This document shows, one piece after another, positions 24,478-27,053 of a DNA stretch of 27,053 nt; within the stretch, counting starts at the first letter, position 1, and each line of letters begins with the position of its first letter. A model generated the notes under the pieces. The model ran no database searches. It saw nothing but the letters and a program-made list of their open reading frames with translations, and was not told where the DNA came from. A program made the translations under genes and the position numbers. Source of the DNA: a virus (Duplodnaviria > Caudoviricetes); the IMG/VR virus record IMGVR_UViG_3300005326_000112, positions 1-27,053 of that record; one strand, given 5' to 3'.

Positions 24478-25673
24478 TGCCAGGCGGCGGAGTCGGTCCT
24501 CGATATACGATCATAAATTATCGCGGCCAGATGAAGCGGCTCATCGACGTGGTGAACGAGATCGCCGCGCTGGGGCGCACTGCCACCAGCGTGTTGTACG
24601 ATTGGTGGATTGATCCTCTCGGTGTATTTCATTACGATGTATCCGCGTCTGCCATTACAAAGCACGTCGTGCTGGGCAAAGATGCAGAAAGCTATAAATG
24701 TAATCCCGACACCAACGAGATGCGCAATGCTCAATGGCTCTCCGGCAGTGTAAGCGAAGACAATGTGCAGGTGAATGGATGGTTCACCGACGCGACATCG
24801 ATCAACGATTACGGGAGATTCGACGGCACACTCTCGCTCTCAGGCATCGTGACGATTGCAGACATGGCACGCATCGCTACCAATATGTTGATACTCGCTG
24901 CATTTCCCAAAAACAAGCGCAGCGTTACCGTGTGGCCAATGCGCACCGATATCACCTATCTGGATTATCTGGGCATCTATGGTATCCCTGGAGAGGGCGA
25001 GGCCAGCGACAAGATCGAGCGCATAACGCTGCGAGAGACTGACCGCGGTACAGAAATGAGCATTGAGATCGGCGGCATACAGCCGACGCTCGCCGATATA
25101 TTCGGGCAACAAGCCGTTCAACAGGGGAGAAGAGAACCCGCACTGGACAAGGTCAAGCCGCAAGTCGAACAATACGCTGTGGATTCGAGCATAGTGCCCG
25201 ATACGGTAGAGGTGACGCTCCCCCAAAAACCCACTGGATATGGGCAAGGATTGCGAGCGAATATGGTCGTGCTCAATACCAATACAGGCCCCATGCAGGC
25301 GAATATAAACGGCCTCGGAAATAGGCCCATTCGCATGGCAGATGGCACGGAAGTCCCCGCAGGAATGGTCACGGCGGGGAGCATCATTACCGTCGTCGAT
25401 GATGGCACGCAGCTCATCATGACAGGAGTGCCCGGCGGCGGAGCCTTGTCGTTCCCGCACAATGTCTCGCATCAGAGCGGGGGCACCGATCAGATAACAA
25501 CGCTTGAGCTCGATTATCTTGATCTCGTGGGCCAGGCTGCTCCCGCTGCTCCATCTGCGGATTCAACCCGATTATATGTTACCGCAACCGGAGTAAGTCC
25601 GAATCGAATCATCACGGTCTCTTGCCTCACGGAAGCGAGCGAAGAAATTATTATCGGAGCATGGAAAACATGA
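24477..25673 (+). CDS. Baseplate hub C-terminal part fused to tail-fibre-type domains
   Basis: LIDVVNEIAA..DWWID..GVFHY, SINDYG; then YAVD..NTNTG...NINGLG..I and HNVSHQSGGTD fibre motifs. Confidence 0.7.
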   Translation: MPGGGVGPRYTIINYRGQMKRLIDVVNEIAALGRTATSVLYDWWIDPLGVFHYDVSASAITKHVVLGKDAESYKCNPDTNEMRNAQWLSGSVSEDNVQVNGWFTDATSINDYGRFDGTLSLSGIVTIADMARIATNMLILAAFPKNKRSVTVWPMRTDITYLDYLGIYGIPGEGEASDKIERITLRETDRGTEMSIEIGGIQPTLADIFGQQAVQQGRREPALDKVKPQVEQYAVDSSIVPDTVEVTLPQKPTGYGQGLRANMVVLNTNTGPMQANINGLGNRPIRMADGTEVPAGMVTAGSIITVVDDGTQLIMTGVPGGGALSFPHNVSHQSGGTDQITTLELDYLDLVGQAAPAAPSADSTRLYVTATGVSPNRIITVSCLTEASEEIIIGAWKT

Positions 25674-26806
25674 GCACGATATCCTTGGCTATGATTGTAA
25701 AAAATGAAGAAGCGGTTATCGCTCGCGTGCTTGCTTGCGCTCGCCATTTTTGCGATGAGATGATCATTGTTGATACTGGAAGTACCGACCGCACCATTGA
25801 ATTCGCTACAGGTTGCGGGGCGCAAGTTCATCGTTTTGAATGGACTGATGATTTTTCTGCAGCTCGTAATTATGCATTTTCCCTTTGTTCGTGCGAGTGG
25901 ATTATTTGGCTTGACGCTGACGACGTAATAACGAATGAAAACATTAAACAAATTATAGAGTTGAAAAATAATCTGCCCAATAACAAAGATGTTATATATT
26001 TTACGTACAACATCCGCCATGATGAAAATGGGCGCTGTGTTTTCGCCAATGAACGGGAACGATTAATGCGACGAAGTTCCGGACTTCGATGGCGAGGCCG
26101 TATTCACGAATCAATCCCCCACGTTTTTGGTCAAGATTTACGTATGCCTGAAATAATTGTAGAGCATCGGCCCAAGCACACGGGACATTTGCAACGCAAT
26201 CTGGAAATTGAGAAGCTGGCACACGATGCTGGCGACAAATCCAATCATGCGATTTTTCATTACGGGCAAGATCTTATAACCGCGCAACAATATGAGAGGG
26301 CAATCGAAATACTTGAGCAATACAACATGAACGCCCAGCTATCCTGGATGCATTATTGGACAGCAATTCGCCTTGGACATTGTCATCTTCAGCAACAAAA
26401 ACCTGGTATTGCGAAACAATGGTATCTCAGGGCTACATGCATGTTTCCCGCCAGGGCAGAGGCATGGTGTGCCCTGGGTCGAATGCACTATGATCGCAAA
26501 GAATGGATTTTTGCTATTCCATATTATTCTGCTGCGGTACATCTGATGCGCCCTGATGATGTCGGATTTTGCCTCGAATCCTGCTATACATGGGAGCCAC
26601 GGGATTTCTTGGCTGTCTGTTGTTTTAATGCAGGGGATTACGCCGCCGCTTATCGGTGGGGCAGTGATGCAATTGTCCTCGAAAATAATTGCGAGCGCGT
26701 ACGTCGGAATCTTGCCAAATATGCTAAAGCCGCGAATGTAACAATATCCGACTCTCCTTTCAAGCTCTGCGCAATGCCGCTTGTTCCTGCCTGGGGTGGG
26801 CGATGA
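25670..26806 (+). CDS. GT2 glycosyltransferase with C-terminal TPRs (SunS/SgtA-like architecture)
   Basis: ISLAMIVKNEE, IIVDTGSTDRT, DDFSAARN, WLDADD (DxD), GRIHE, followed by TPR helices (RAEAWCALG); visibly AT-rich. Confidence 0.93.
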   Translation: MSTISLAMIVKNEEAVIARVLACARHFCDEMIIVDTGSTDRTIEFATGCGAQVHRFEWTDDFSAARNYAFSLCSCEWIIWLDADDVITNENIKQIIELKNNLPNNKDVIYFTYNIRHDENGRCVFANERERLMRRSSGLRWRGRIHESIPHVFGQDLRMPEIIVEHRPKHTGHLQRNLEIEKLAHDAGDKSNHAIFHYGQDLITAQQYERAIEILEQYNMNAQLSWMHYWTAIRLGHCHLQQQKPGIAKQWYLRATCMFPARAEAWCALGRMHYDRKEWIFAIPYYSAAVHLMRPDDVGFCLESCYTWEPRDFLAVCCFNAGDYAAAYRWGSDAIVLENNCERVRRNLAKYAKAANVTISDSPFKLCAMPLVPAWGGR

Positions 26807-27053
26807 CCGAGCATTTTGCTGGTGAACAATATGTGGGAACGTCTACGGAGCGAGGGGGATTTACGTGGACACGCCAAAATGCACGGTTCATGGAATCGGA
26901 TACGGGATTGTCGTTTCTGAACATCAGTCCCACGGGGATTGATTGGCAACCGATGGCGGACGGAGCGACAGGCCCCGCTGGCGCAGACGGAGCGACAGGC
27001 CCCGCTGGCGCAGACGGAGCGACAGGCCCCGCTGGAGCGGATGGAGCGACAGG
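26803..27053 (+). CDS. Collagen-like fibre protein, partial (runs off the window)
   Basis: ATGA overlap; own translation MTEHFAGEQYVGTSTERGGFTWTRQNARFMESDTGLSFLNISPTGIDWQPMADGATGPAGADGATGPAGAD... Confidence 0.85.
   Translation, partial: MTEHFAGEQYVGTSTERGGFTWTRQNARFMESDTGLSFLNISPTGIDWQPMADGATGPAGADGATGPAGADGATGPAGADGAT
26959..27053 (+). repeat. 27-bp tandem repeat (3.5 copies seen) encoding DGATGPAGA
   Basis: GACGGAGCGACAGGCCCCGCTGGCGCA twice exactly, a third copy with synonymous changes, and a partial fourth. Confidence 0.95.

Larger units (their letters stand above)
1..27053 (+). mobile_element. Tailed bacteriophage/prophage segment (siphovirus-type head and tail modules); neither end is visible
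   Basis: Canonical gene order terS-terL-portal-protease-capsid-connectors-tube-TMP-Dit-hub-fibre, tightly packed with ATGA/TAATG overlaps; no tail sheath gene. Confidence 0.97.

Noticed and set aside
26959-27053. 27-bp repeats as a CRISPR array
   Set aside because: Contiguous with no spacers, in-frame Gly-X-Y coding with synonymous variation.

Overview
The whole 27 kb window is a tailed (siphovirus-type) phage or prophage segment, almost entirely on the + strand. From 1 to 3.1 kb is a run of small, often Cys-rich accessory genes, including an Imm5-like Ala-repeat protein, a DnaJ-type Zn finger and an ASCH protein. At 3.1-4.2 kb an AT-rich antisense HNH endonuclease with its own leaderless promoter appears to have replaced most of a ParB-like/methyltransferase gene. 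The morphogenesis operon follows: terS, terL, HK97-type portal fused to a MuF domain, prohead protease, HK97-fold major capsid, decoration proteins, head-tail connectors, tail tube, tape measure, Dit, a two-gene baseplate hub, a GT2-TPR glycosyltransferase and a collagen-like fibre truncated by the window end. No integrase, lysis, rRNA, tRNA or CRISPR features were seen. The most unusual signals are: (i) an 805-aa head-module fibre with a clear Sec-type signal peptide and a split capsid-cement-like C-terminal domain; (ii) a GT2-TPR gene translationally coupled to a Gly-X-Thr collagen fibre, suggesting phage-encoded virion glycosylation; (iii) Ser/Thr-rich beta-domain insertions in four structural proteins; (iv) no tail-assembly chaperone gene between tube and tape measure; (v) a cleanly split hub gene. 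All family calls come from motif recognition by eye; no database searches were run.
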